A DNA stretch of 64,000 nt from Octopus bimaculoides (taxonomy: Eukaryota). How positions within the stretch are numbered: position 1 is the stretch's first letter; each line of letters begins with the position of its first letter. The DNA lies in the NCBI RefSeq assembly GCF_001194135.2, contig NC_068994.1, forward strand, positions 37,569,975 through 37,633,974, written 5' to 3'. Positions 51,972 to 64,000 of this stretch are shown here, piece after piece. A program made the translations under genes and the position numbers. The notes beneath the pieces are model-generated. The model had not been told where the DNA came from, did no database searches, and saw only the letters and a program-made list of their open reading frames with translations.

Positions 51972-54368
51972 AGGGTGTGCCCGTTTTGAAATAGTTTTGC
52001 TGTGTTTCCCTATGGAAGATCCTTCCCAACAGTGATTAGTCTCATATTGTGAGTGTGGCTCTCTTATTAGAGTTGTCGGAAAGTTATCAGTGCAAGTTAA
52101 CATAGTAATTGGAATATCATATTTAGGAGATATTTCTTCACAAGTATATTCAGACTGTCTCCTTTCATTTAAAATGTCATTATGTGTGCCTACACTCCCA
52201 GTAAATCGACTATCCTTTGTGCTTTTCCTTTGGATTATACACATAATGAAAGATACAACAATAGCAACAGAAACTATCACTGCTGCTACTACTATAATAA
52301 TCATCAAGTTAATATGTATTCTGTTGTCTGACTCTCTGTCTTCAGAGATGTACATTCTGGCTGTTGTATTGCTAACAGTAAGTGTCAAAGACAGTGTAGT
52401 TGTTGCTGATAAAACTGGTATGCCGTTGTCTTTGACAGTTAATATCAGATTATATGATCCAGCATCATTTTGGTAAACTGTTCGAGAGAATGACAAAACT
52501 CCTGTGTAAGGGTTGACTGTAAATAACTGCTTGTTGTTACCGCCAAGTATTTCATATTTGAGGAAAGCATTCACATGACTGTCTCTGTCGGAGGCTCTTA
52601 ATGTTGTGATGTCACTCTTACTCTGTGGATGGTAATGGACATCTAAATTGAAAGGGTTAAAACTAGGGAAAGTAAAATAGGGAGCATTATCATTTTTATC
52701 CATAACTTCAACAACAACGTTAGCTGTGTTGTTAAGAGAAGGTATTCCATTGTCTTTAGCCATTATTTTAAACCGATAAAGATCTTGCTTTTCACGGTCA
52801 AGTGACTGAGTAGTTGAAATAAAACCAAAATCAGATATGGAAAATGGAATATGTCTATTAGAACCTATAAGAGAGTAGGTTAACTGAGATCCAGCAACAA
52901 GATCTGGATCAGTAGCATTGACAAAACCTATTGAGAACTTAGGTTCTTCATTTTCATAGACTGAAAACCTGAATGTAGCTTTTGTAAATTGTGGTTGAAT
53001 ATCATTAATATCCATAACTTGGATTGAAAAACTGTGATCTGTTTGTAATGGTGGAAATCCTTTGTCTTCACAAGAAATCGTGAGATCAATATGGCTTTCT
53101 GTTTCTCTGTCTAATGATTTTTTTACAACTAATTTGTATTTTTTCTTTCCTAGACTTTGAAGCTGAATTTTATCATGACGAAGATTGCATATAATTTTGC
53201 CATTCATTCCAACGTCATTATCTGTGACCTTTACATAAGCTATGAAACTGTTAATTTTCACTCCTTCTGAAATAATGGCAGTGTTTCCTGTAGATTTTGA
53301 AATAAAGTTAATATCAATAACAGGAGCACTGTTTTCATTGTTATTTACATGAACAAATACAATAGCTGTTGAAGTCGATGGTGGATTTCCCCCATCAGTA
53401 GCTTCCACAAATAATTTATAAGACTTTTTGGATACAAAAGGAACTTTTTTCTTTAAAATTATTTCTCCTGTTTTCTCATTCAAATGAAAATATGATTTTG
53501 CAAGATTTGAAGTTTTTGAGCTAAAGTGGTATGTGATTTTGCCATTTTCTCCTGAATCTATATCATTTGCTGATAATATTATAATTGCTTTATTTTGTTC
53601 ATTTCTGTTACTAATAGAAATATTATAAATATTCTGAGAAAAGATTGGTGAGTTATCATTTTCATCGATCACAGTTATTAGCACATCCAAAACACCAAAC
53701 TTTGAAGGAGATCCTCCATCTGTTGCAATAATTTGAAGCTTATAATTATCTTTCCTTTCTCTGTCAACTTCTCCTTCCAAAACGATTCCAAGTTTAATTG
53801 TTGAATCTGTCTTTTCTGTAATTGATAATGAAAATGTTTTTTCTATATCTTTCTTCAGCTGGTATGTAATTTGTGAGTTAATAAGACTCACATCTCTGTC
53901 TTTAGCAGTTGGAACAAATTTTATAGTTCCTTTGCCATCTGTTTCATCAAATTGAATATTGACTTGCTTGACTGGGAACTCAGGTCGTTGATCATTGACA
54001 TCTTCCACAACAACTTTAATTTCTAATATTTTGACGAAAGATTCTTCATTTCGGACCGCTATATCCACCATTTTGAAGCATTCAGTGTTGAATTTACATA
54101 GAACATCAGCATCAACTATTTGAGATGTGTAAAGTTTACCTGTCTTAGAGACATTAAATAACTGTGATCCATTGATAATAGTTTCTTTTAAGTGGCTGAA
54201 CCAAAGTAGATTGTGCTCTTGTACAGGTATGCGATCAAACAAATGTGTGTCTGCTGCAATGTCACCAACTAATGTACCAGGCATCTTGCCTTCTTCTACA
54301 TGATAAATGAGGTCTTCACATTGAGAAATCTTCAGGAGAAATGACATTATATAAAGATATATCCACAT
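51972..54368 (-). CDS. Pcdh: Protocadherin (coleoid expanded family), large coding exon: signal peptide, EC1-EC6, TM, proximal cytoplasmic tail
   Basis: The 840-codon ORF in the track starts at GTG (54482). The first ATG is at 54368 (MWIYLYIMSFLLKISQC/EDLIYHVEE, signal-peptide-like). Six cadherin repeats with DxD, DRE, DGG/DKG/DNG and DxNDNxP motifs (DVNDQRP, DENDNSP, DINDIQP, DKNDNAP). EC1 has C-x5-C (54078-54098). TM IHINLMIIIVVAAVIVSVAIVVSFIMCII (~52233-52319). Perfect donor CCT|GTAAGT at 51972/51971 (phase 0), just before the in-frame stop at 51960-51962. The symbol is family-level only. Confidence 0.96.
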
Positions 54369-54420
54369 TTTAGTCAATGAGAAAGTTGATGATGGTAGAC
54401 AAAGAATCAATTCAAAGAAT

Positions 54421-54460
54421 CTGTAAAATATAATATAAATGACAGGAATTAAAATCTTTA
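54421..54460 (-). promoter_or_regulatory. 3' splice acceptor of the large Pcdh exon (exon begins 54420, 52 nt before the ATG)
   Basis: Minus strand reads ttttaattcctgtcatttatattatattttacAG|ATTC: T-rich tract plus CAG. This implies a non-coding first exon further upstream, which I could not locate. Confidence 0.65.
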
Positions 54461-54575
54461 AAAATTTTGACTTTGGTGTCACAGTTCATGAAATTTTGAC
54501 AACGATGTTTATACTGCATGAAATTTTGACAGTAATGTTACATTTCATGAAATATTGAAGTAATCTTTACATGAA
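54455..54575. repeat. 29-30-bp tandem repeat, ~4 units, abutting the Pcdh acceptor
   Basis: aaattttgac at 54462, 54491 and 54521; aaatattgaa at 54550. Confidence 0.8.
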
Positions 54576-54613
54576 TGTCACCATTCCAGCCTATCAAAAA
54601 TAATGGGCTGAAA

Positions 54614-54990
54614 TGGTTTCAACTTTATTGGTACAAGGCCAGCAGTTTTAGTTGGAAGGGATAGGTGATTACATTGACTCAACTTGTATTTCTTTTACTG
54701 AGGATGAAAGGCAAATTTGATGTTAGGGGAATTTGAACTTATAGTGTAAGAATCCAGAAGAAATGCATTTAAAGCATTTTGGAAAATGATTCTGCCAACT
54801 CACCACCTTCAGCAATTTGTAATAATTTTCTCAAATTTTTTGCATAAGTCCAGCACTTGCAAGAGGATCAATGCCAGAGTTCAACTTGTACTTTTACTGA
54901 CCTCAAAAGGATGAAATGTAAAGTTGACCTTGGCAGCATTTGAACTCAGAAAGTAACACCAGAAGAAATACCACAAAGTATTTCGTCTGT
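54614..54990 (-). mobile_element. Two tandem SINE family B copies
   Basis: Two occurrences of aggatgaaa…gaatttgaact / catttgaactcagaa. Confidence 0.7.
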
Positions 54991-56942
54991 GGTAACATGG
55001 TAATTATGCTGTCACTTCACACCATCTTAAGCCCATTGGTAATTATGAATGGTAATTATGAACTTAATATATATATTTTTTCTTTCTATAATTAAATTAT
55101 ATAATTTTATGCATATATCAAAGAAGAAAGTGTAGAGAAGAGAATGGGACTGTTTCTCCAGGAAAGGGTTTTGAAAAACAGAATGAAAGTGATGTCAGAT
55201 ATTAGCTAAGTAAAGTAAATAATTTAAAGTTTACTTCATTTTCTTTTTTTATTTTTTATGAATTAAGATATATTGAGACTAGGATCTAAAATTTCATGGA
55301 AGGATATTCCTTTTTGATTTAATTACTGACATGTAAATGCACAAGAAATGTTATGAAAATATATTTAAGTAAATAATATTGTTGTTTTAACAAATAAATA
55401 GTTGTAATGATCTACTTGATGTATGAATAATGAATCCTGTAAATTATCATTTATTTTACTTGTTAACAAATGAAGTTTACAAAATCACCTTAAATGATAT
55501 CTTTGCTTCCACTTCCTTTCTAAAAAAAAAAAAATCAAAGCTAGGGATAAATAATATACTGTTGTTGGGAAGCATTGAGCTAGTTAATCTCTCGCAGACA
55601 TAGTGAACTGAGATTATAAATGATGAAAGAATATTTGCTATTGAAATGATAGAAATGAATTTACTGAGATATTGTGAGTGGAATTGTAATTTGGAGGATA
55701 GAAAAAGGATTTATTAGTTGCTCTAGAGAGCAATTACAATGTGAGAATGTGACCTGTTGTGGAAGAAATTATGTTACTAGATATTAAATTGTATAACATA
55801 AATATGTTCAAATATTGGGAGATATTAACTGTTAAAACATAGATACTTTTACTGAACTCAGAAGACACATCACATTAGATGTAATAAAAAATATATATAT
55901 CTACATACAAAGAAATAAAAATGTAATAAAGGAAAACAAAATGGACACTAGCAAGTAGCATAGATTAGTTATCTCCATCTTGCCTGTCTATATTTCCCTT
56001 CTGAGTATAGTGAAACATTAATAGCGAAATGGGATTGAACTGAGATCCAATAATTTGGAAAGCAATAATTTGTTCTGTAGAGCACAATGACATCTTTTAT
56101 ATTCCTTACATATGTTATAGTTTATACTGTTGTCCCTTTTGAATCATAATGTTGGAATATGCCAGGAAAACATTGCTAAAGCCATTAATGGTGTCAATAC
56201 TATTGTTTGCAATCATGGCAATGACATGAAATTGATTATTTTAGCCGGAACATTCTATTTCAGTCAAATATATTTCATTGTAACCTTTCCCGTTGCCAGA
56301 TTGCATTTCTATGTTTTTGCTTGCCAATATAATATTGTTTGAAGCCATAAGTGACAGAAATATTTCTTGCAATCTTCTGATATGAAAATTGAAAATTCCC
56401 TCTGAGTAGGGTTATTTTCTTTGACTTAAATAGATACATTACAAAAGAGCTTTATAGTCCGGAAGACAAGCGGAATCTATTCATGGAGGAACTGAAGAAA
56501 ATTTGGTCAGCTCAAGGTTTTTGTGAGTCTTACTAATATTGAAACCGATTAAGGAATTCAAACGGCATATATTCTATTATCAAAGCCAATAATGTAACAT
56601 CAGAATAGAATGACAACTTGCATGACTACAAAAGCTGTTCTGCCAGGAGCAAAATGGAAATATTTTCCCCATTGTACAACTTATGACTATCAGTTTTGTT
56701 TCTCTTATCGACAGCTTTCAGGTGTTCGTAAACATCAACAGAGAAATGGATTTAACTCACTGTGATTCTTTTATGCTTGCTTTTATTATTTTCTCTTTTT
56801 TCTTATCATATTTAATATTTTGATTATTTGCTTGCTACAAAAAGAAATTCCTACATCCTTCCCTCCTCTCCTTACCCACACATACACATACTTTTACACA
56901 CACACACACACACATATACACACTCATGCACACACACACATG

Positions 56943-57014
<72 letters not shown>

Positions 57015-57202
57015 NNNNNNNNNNNNNNNNNNNNNNNNNNNNNNNNNNNNNNNNNNNNNNNNNNNNTGCTGATTTGAACTGAAACCTTTTAAAATTTCTG
57101 TTTCATATATTAATGATTAATTTTTCATTTTTAAAAGCAATTCCTGCTTTTGGCAAGAATATTTTTTTCACTCTTTATTTATTTATCTATTTATTGTTAT
57201 TA

Positions 57203-57249
<47 letters not shown>

Positions 57250-57514
57250 CTACCACCATCATCATTATTGGTTCTGAAGACTAGTGTCCTTTAATGCAGT
57301 TTTCTATTTTTCTATATTTACAGCTTTTCTCTTCACCACCCTGCAGTAAAAATTTATGGATTTCACTAACCATAAAACAAAGCTAGATATCACTCCTAAT
57401 GTCTTAAGGCATCAACACTATGAGCACTATAAATAATGGTCGGCAGCTTCAACAAATTTAAGAGCATATGCCTTCACCCTTGGAAAGCCAAAATGTCAGT
57501 AAGTACCATGTGGT

Positions 57515-57990
57515 AACAAAATATTTCATTGCCAGTAATGAGTTTCAATAAGTGCAGGTATAGCTTGTAGTTAAGAAGTTTGCTTTACAACCAAGTGTTG
57601 GTGAGTTCAATACCACTGCATGGCATATATATTAACAAAATATTTCAATGCTAATAACATGTTTCATTGAGTTCAGGCATGACTGTGTAGTTAAAAAGTT
57701 TGCTTTAAAACTAAATGGTTGAGTTCAATCTTGCTGTACAGCACTTGTGTTAATAAAATGTTTCAGCACTGGTAAGAAGTTTTAATGGGTGCAGGCATAA
57801 CTGTATCATGAAAAGCTTTCATTGTAACTCCATAGATGCAGGTTCTATTCCATAGCATGGCTCTTCTAGTAACTAAGTACTTCAAATATCTATAACAAAT
57901 TCCAATCAACGCAAGCAAAGCTGTGTGGTTAAGCAGTCCACTTAGCAAACACATGATTTTGATTTCAATCCTACTAAACAACATATTGAA
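57515..57990 (+). repeat. ~119-bp tandem array of flank plus SINE-A head, 4 units
   Basis: Unit starts at 57515, 57634, 57752 and 57871; each has aa(c/t)aaaatatttca…gcagg…gtagttaa…gttcaat. The last unit continues into the SINE body. Confidence 0.7.
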
Positions 57991-58869
57991 TAATTATTTC
58001 CTATGATTGCTTCAGGTTGACCTGTACCTTGTGAGTGGAATTTAGTGAAATGAAACAGTATGGAGGTCCATTATATGCTAGATTTAATCCAAGTTCAACT
58101 TGGTCCTTGGATGACATTAACAAAGTTCACTATGCTGCAAGCATTTGAGCCTGGTCTCCATTTTAAGGAAAGCTTCTATATCTCCCACCAGTTATGGAGA
58201 CTCTGAATACAAAAAGGTGGAGGTCAGTGACATTGCCCTTCCTTGATTGACTAAGACATTAAATAAATTAAAAAGAAAAAAATTGTTCCTTCCAACGTTG
58301 ATGGTAGTTTTGCAATGATTATCAATGTAGGTAGAGAAACTTATGATAAATGTTAATGGTTAACAAAGAGTTTTAGCTGTAGGGATCAATAATGATTTGA
58401 AAGCATTGACTAGCAAAAATTCTTCCTTTTAATGACAAAATAAGATCTTATAGAATACATTATTGTATTTTGTTTTGCATTTAAAATCTAAAAAAAGAAA
58501 AAAATTAGAACCTTCCCCACACACAGCATTTTTCAAGTATTTTGATGTATATTGAATAATAGGAAAATTTTTTGATGTACATATTCACATAATTAGAAGT
58601 ATATGCATGCAGATGTGCATGTAAATTTAGTAAAGTAAGTTAAGTGCACAAATGGAATTTTGTACCTTTTTTATATGTTGCAATATATTTTTATACCCAT
58701 TCATATCTATCTGTCTATATGAATAAATATATGCAGAAAACAAAGCAATATATATAAACTTGTTTTTATGAGATAAAAAATGCAAAAAATGCACAACAAA
58801 TGATCCTCTTCCCTTTTTTCTCATTAATATTGTTGTTGTTGTTGTTGTTACTATCATCGTCATCATCAT

Positions 58870-59540
58870 GAGATGGTTAGCTGGTACAATCATTAGCACA
58901 CTGGGCAAAATGCTTAGTGGCATTTCATCCATCTTTTGAGTTCAAATTCTGCCGAGTTCAGCTTAGCCTTTCATACTTTTAAGGCTGATAAAATAAGTAC
59001 CAGTTGAGCAGTGGAGGTGATGTAATTGACTTATCACCTCCCCACAAATTACTGGCCTTGTGCCGAAAATTGACATCATCATCATCATCATCATTATTAT
59101 TACTATTATTATTATTACTAGGTTGGCAAGTTACCTAATGGTATTTTTCCCACCTCATTAAACTCTGAGTTCAAATTCTGTCAGGGTCATCTTTGCCTTT
59201 CATCCTTCTGGGGTTGACAAAATTGAGCACCAGTAATATTCTGGGGTAAATGATGCTGACTGATTCTCTTTTCATAAAATTGTTGGCCTTGCGCCAAAAT
59301 TTGAAACAGTTATTAATATTATTATTATTTGTATATGGTAGTGGATTGGCAGAATTGTTAATGCATCAGATAAAATGCAATGCAGTATGTATTGCAGAAC
59401 TTTATGTTCTGATTTCAAATCCAGCCAAGATCACCATTGTGTTTTTCCTTCGAAGTCAATAGAAATAAAATATATGAGGTTGATATAATTGACTGTCTCT
59501 GCCCCTAAATTTCTGGTTTTGCACCTATGTTTGAAATAAT
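58870..59540 (+). mobile_element. Three tandem SINE family B copies with (ATC/ATT)n linkers
   Basis: gagttcaaattc…ctttcat(c/a)ct…ccttgtgcc motifs occur three times. Confidence 0.7.
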
Positions 59541-61556
59541 ATTATTTGCATTAAAGAAGACAGAATAATCAGAACATTTAAATAAAATGCCTTCTGATGT
59601 TTAATAACAATCCCTTACACTCAGAAATTGATAAAATAAAGTACCAGCCAGGTATTGGGGTTGGTTTAATCACCTATATCCCTCCCCACAAACATAAGTA
59701 GCTTTGTGTCTGTGTTAGAAATGATAAATGTTTGTAATAAATATTAGAGTGAGACAAAATAATTCTCTTTTTTCAAATTTCCTTGCAGCTTAACACTGCA
59801 CATCCACCATGGTAACCACTTGCAAACTGCTTCCATTAAATACATGCATATTTATAATGGTAAATAAATTCAATAATGCACTGGATTTTGGGGTCAAATT
59901 TTACTTTGTGTAAGTCTGACTGTCTTTTGGTTAAGGCATAGAAGTGTCTGAAAAGAGCTGGACCCCAAAACATGTGTTATACAAACCTACAGGTGTGTGA
60001 ATATGTCCTGAGATCACATGGAACAGTGCCTCTGCTACAGGGTTAAATAAGACCTGTGCTTCAAGTGTAAGTTCAGGAAAGCAGAAGATGAGCAAAGTAA
60101 ATTTAAGTTAGCTAGTAGAGGGCAGCAGTAAATCACTACTGTAGCTATTCCAAAAAAAAATCATGAATCTTCAGACTTTGGTATGGCACTCTATGATTAC
60201 AGATGCCTGCAGTTATAGTATAGGAAAAAAATTTTTAGTGATTCTAACCTCATAAAAAACACTTTTCAATAATTTAATCCCTGTTATGAGAATTATGAAC
60301 TGTACCACTTCATAGTACTCATTTCTTGAACGTAAAAAAAACTATTTCTGAAAGAAGTGTTGTGATCACAGACAATTTCAATGCAACTCTCTCTCTCTCT
60401 CTCTCTGCATACACATATACAAACAGATGAGTACAACATTGCTTGTAACCAGAACGGTTTGCTATTTTTGGATCCAAAATCCAAATGCAGCAGTTGAGTC
60501 AGAAAGTCATTTATGGTTTCACAATTCTTGGGATAGACTGTAGATACGAATATATTTAAATTTTCCTTATTAAATGTAAGTTTCAAAAAGCAAATAGGGT
60601 TTTATATATATATATATACTCCACTCACTTCCTATCAACTCTGAGCAGAGGAATGCTTATACATATACATACATGCAAACATGCATATATACAAATATAC
60701 ATATACACTGAATATATATGTATGCATCTATTTATCTCTCTCTCCTTCTCTATGTATGAATGCGTGTATGTGTGTGTGAAAGTAGTAACATCACATTACT
60801 TTATGTTGGATTTCTATTCAAGCATGGTTTGGCTGGTTGAGCCATCCTAGTTTACTACAGATCATATTTGGAGTTAGTGTTTTGGGGGACCATATATAAG
60901 CAGTACATTTCAAATTGGGTTGTTTCCTTATAGCTGGATGCTCCTCCTATCAAAAATCACTTTTTACTGTGTATGTGTGCACATATACATATATATATAT
61001 ATATATATATCCACGTGTGTGTGTGTACCTTATATGTAGCCTTATATATCTATATATATGTATATATGATATAAGGCTGCCACATTCCCTATGGAAGAGG
61101 ATTGGCCTGCAAGAGTTCTTTGTCAGTGCCACATAAAAAGCACCTGTACTGGTGCCATGTAATGGGTACTTGTGCTGTTGCCACGTAAGAGCACTCATGC
61201 TGGTGCCATGCTAAAAACACCCAGCACACACTGTCAAGTGGATGGTATTAGGAAGGGCATTCAGCCACAGAAACCAAGTCAAATCAGCTTGGAACCTGGT
61301 GTAGCTTCCCAGCTTGCCAACTCTGATCAAACCATCCAACCCATGCTAGTAGGGAAAACAGACATAAAAGGATGGTGGTGCTACTACTGATTATATGTAT
61401 GTGTGTATATATATATATATATATATGTATGTATGAATGTATGCAAATATATATACATATATATACATATATGTATGTATATATATATATATGTATGTAT
61501 GCGTATATATATGTATGTATGTATATATATGTATATGTATGTATAAATATATATAA

Positions 61557-61591
<35 letters not shown>

Positions 61592-61887
61592 CATACGCAA
61601 ACACGCATACACATATATATGCATATATTTATTTATACTTATACATTTCTTTAGATAAACATATTTATATGTATATAGTTTTTAATATATAAATATATAT
61701 CTCTGTATTTAAGTGTGTGTGTTTGAGCGTACATTCATAAAAAGCACAAAATTCAAATAGATTATATATTTATATACATATTTATAGATACACAACACCA
61801 AACATAGTTACAGACATGACATTTAATAATCTAAAATACCCAACCAGTTCATATAGGTGATAATAAAAGCAGAACACAACATACACC

Positions 61888-61919
<32 letters not shown>

Positions 61920-62461
61920 NNNNNNNNNNNNNNNNNNNNNNNNNNNNNNNNNNNNNNNNNNNNNNNNNNNNNNNNNNNNNNNNNNNNNNNNNNNNNNNNN
62001 NNNNNNNNNNNNNNNNNNNNNNNNNNNNNNNNNNNNNNNNNNNNNNNNNNNNNNNNNNNNNNNNNNNNNNNNNNNNNNNNNNNNNNNNNNNNNNNNNNNN
62101 NNNNNNNNNNNNNNNNNNNNNNNNNNNNNNNNNNNNNNNNNNNNNNNNNNNNNNNNNNNNNNNNNNNNNNNNNNNNNNNNNNNNNNNNNNNNNNNNNNNN
62201 NNNNNNNNNNNNNNNNNNNNNNNNNNNNNNNNNNNNNNNNNNNNNNNNNNNNNNNNNNNNNNNNNNNNNNNNNNNNNNNNNNNNNNNNNNNNNNNNNNNN
62301 NNNNNNNNNNNNNNNNNNNNNNNNNNNNNNNNNNNNNNNNNNNNNNNNNNNNNNNNNNNNNNNNNNNNNNNNNNNNNNNNNNNNNNNNNNNNNNNNNNNN
62401 NNNNNNNNNNNNNNNNNNNNNNNNNNNNNNNNNNNNNNNNNNNNNNNNNNNNNNNNNNNNN
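61920..62461. other. Assembly gap (others include ~29402-29549, 40677-40882, 45151-45654, 46853-47257), mostly flanked by (TA)n/(CA)n
   Basis: N-runs. Confidence 0.99.
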
Positions 62462-62925
62462 ACACATACACAAGTACACATGCATATATATGTATATATG
62501 TAGGTGTTATCTATATATTTATTTATGTATGTATACACATCTATACTCATCTCCAGACACTTATTCATATATACATACATACTAAATTAGAAACACACTT
62601 GTGAATATAAAAATGTTTATTTCTCTAAATGCAAATAAGATTTTGCATTCATAATCTTAAATCAGTTTCTGCTTCAACTACTTTCACCACCTTATTTTGC
62701 TTTTCTTTACACACATACACAAGTACACATGCATATATATGTATATATGTAGGTGTTATCTATATATTTATTTGTTTTTCAGTATGCGTGTACACACACA
62801 CTTACATACATGCAGACAGACATACACACACAGATACACATACATAACATATATAAATACATACATACATACATACATATACATACATACATATACATGT
62901 ATATATATGTATATAGTTGTACATA

Positions 62926-62978
<53 letters not shown>

Positions 62979-63030
62979 GTATATTCATATGTACATATAT
63001 ATATGTGCATCTGTTTCTGTATATATTTAT

Positions 63031-63073
<43 letters not shown>

Positions 63074-63136
63074 TGTATACATCCCAACACATGCACACAT
63101 AGTCACAACTTAACCTTATGTATATATTCATATGCA

Positions 63137-63185
<49 letters not shown>

Positions 63186-63844
63186 TTGTGTTTGTGAGTA
63201 TTTATATGTGCGTGCATCTCACCATAATGGTCACTCACAACACTAACTTTCACATACCCATTTACAACGCCATACACAACAACCACTACTAGCATACATG
63301 CTCCAGAGCTCAAGAAAGTTTCCAATCAAAACATTTTTCATCTTATACTTTGATGCAAGCGATTGAGAATAAAAATGCCATAAAATCTGCAACATTAACA
63401 TTTTTGACAGTTTGCTCAAATAAAATTAGATTTATGTCCACCATAAGAAAGGTAGTGAGCTGTAATGTTTTATGGTCACATTTGTCAGAGATGATAACCC
63501 TAACGTACCGTTAATACTAATTTCAGACTTTTTACAACTACTCATATGTGATGTATCTTTGTGAATTATGCATCAGCAAAACTATTGCTATTACTGGTTT
63601 TTAATTGCACAAAAATCTCTCATTTCTTTGAACTGTTTTTATGTTTTTTGTCTTGTGTTTTGTTTTGTGTTTTGGCTTGTTCTCTTTTTTGTTTTTGTCC
63701 TAAAACAATTACTTTCTTATACACATAGCAAAAACACAAGTATATACACATATGTGTTTTTTGTGTGCATCTGTGTGTCTCTGTAATATGTATGTATATA
63801 TGTATATAAATATGTATACATATGTGTGTGTGTATATATGTGTG

Positions 63845-63880
<36 letters not shown>

Positions 63881-63955
63881 TAAATATATATATATTTATA
63901 TGCACATACACATATAAGTATGTTTGTGCATAATGTGTCTCTCTGTACCTATATA

Positions 63956-64000
<45 letters not shown>

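Noticed and set aside
52090-52476. 128-aa plus-strand ORF with a hydrophobic stretch
   Set aside because: Antisense shadow of the Pcdh EC6/TM coding sequence.
54369-54482. N-terminal 38-aa extension of the Pcdh ORF (MTPKSKF…)
   Set aside because: It starts at GTG and crosses a good splice acceptor at 54421; the signal peptide begins at ATG 54368.
56450-56800. Candidate first exon/promoter of the Pcdh (ACA|GTGAGT on the minus strand near 56755)
   Set aside because: A donor-like hexamer alone is too common to support a call without transcript data.

Overview
AT-rich, microsatellite-saturated eukaryotic genomic DNA with several N-gaps. The protocadherin type and the SINE/LINE repertoire point to a coleoid cephalopod, most likely Octopus (inference). 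There is one convincing protein-coding gene: a minus-strand protocadherin whose signal peptide, six cadherin repeats, TM helix and proximal tail lie in one large exon (ATG 54368 to GT donor after 51972), with two candidate short downstream tail exons. The rest is mobile-element debris: several tRNA-headed SINE families; RTE, CR1/L2, R4-like and Penelope-like (PLE) retroelement remnants; mariner and Helitron fragments; and hAT and Tc1/mariner/pogo MITEs. Several nested insertions can be ordered by their TSDs. The most unusual system is a tRNA-headed SINE carrying a PLE-type minimal hammerhead ribozyme motif. It sits with an upstream inverted partial copy of itself inside one TSD (15895-16439), which is the insertion signature of PLEs. 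The window also holds a second copy (3810-3969), a PLE terminal-repeat hammerhead variant (45042-45078) and a decayed GIY-YIG PLE ORF (6800-7520). Nearly all other ORFs in the track are microsatellite or gap artefacts. Repeat coordinates are read by eye and approximate unless a TSD or TIR is quoted.
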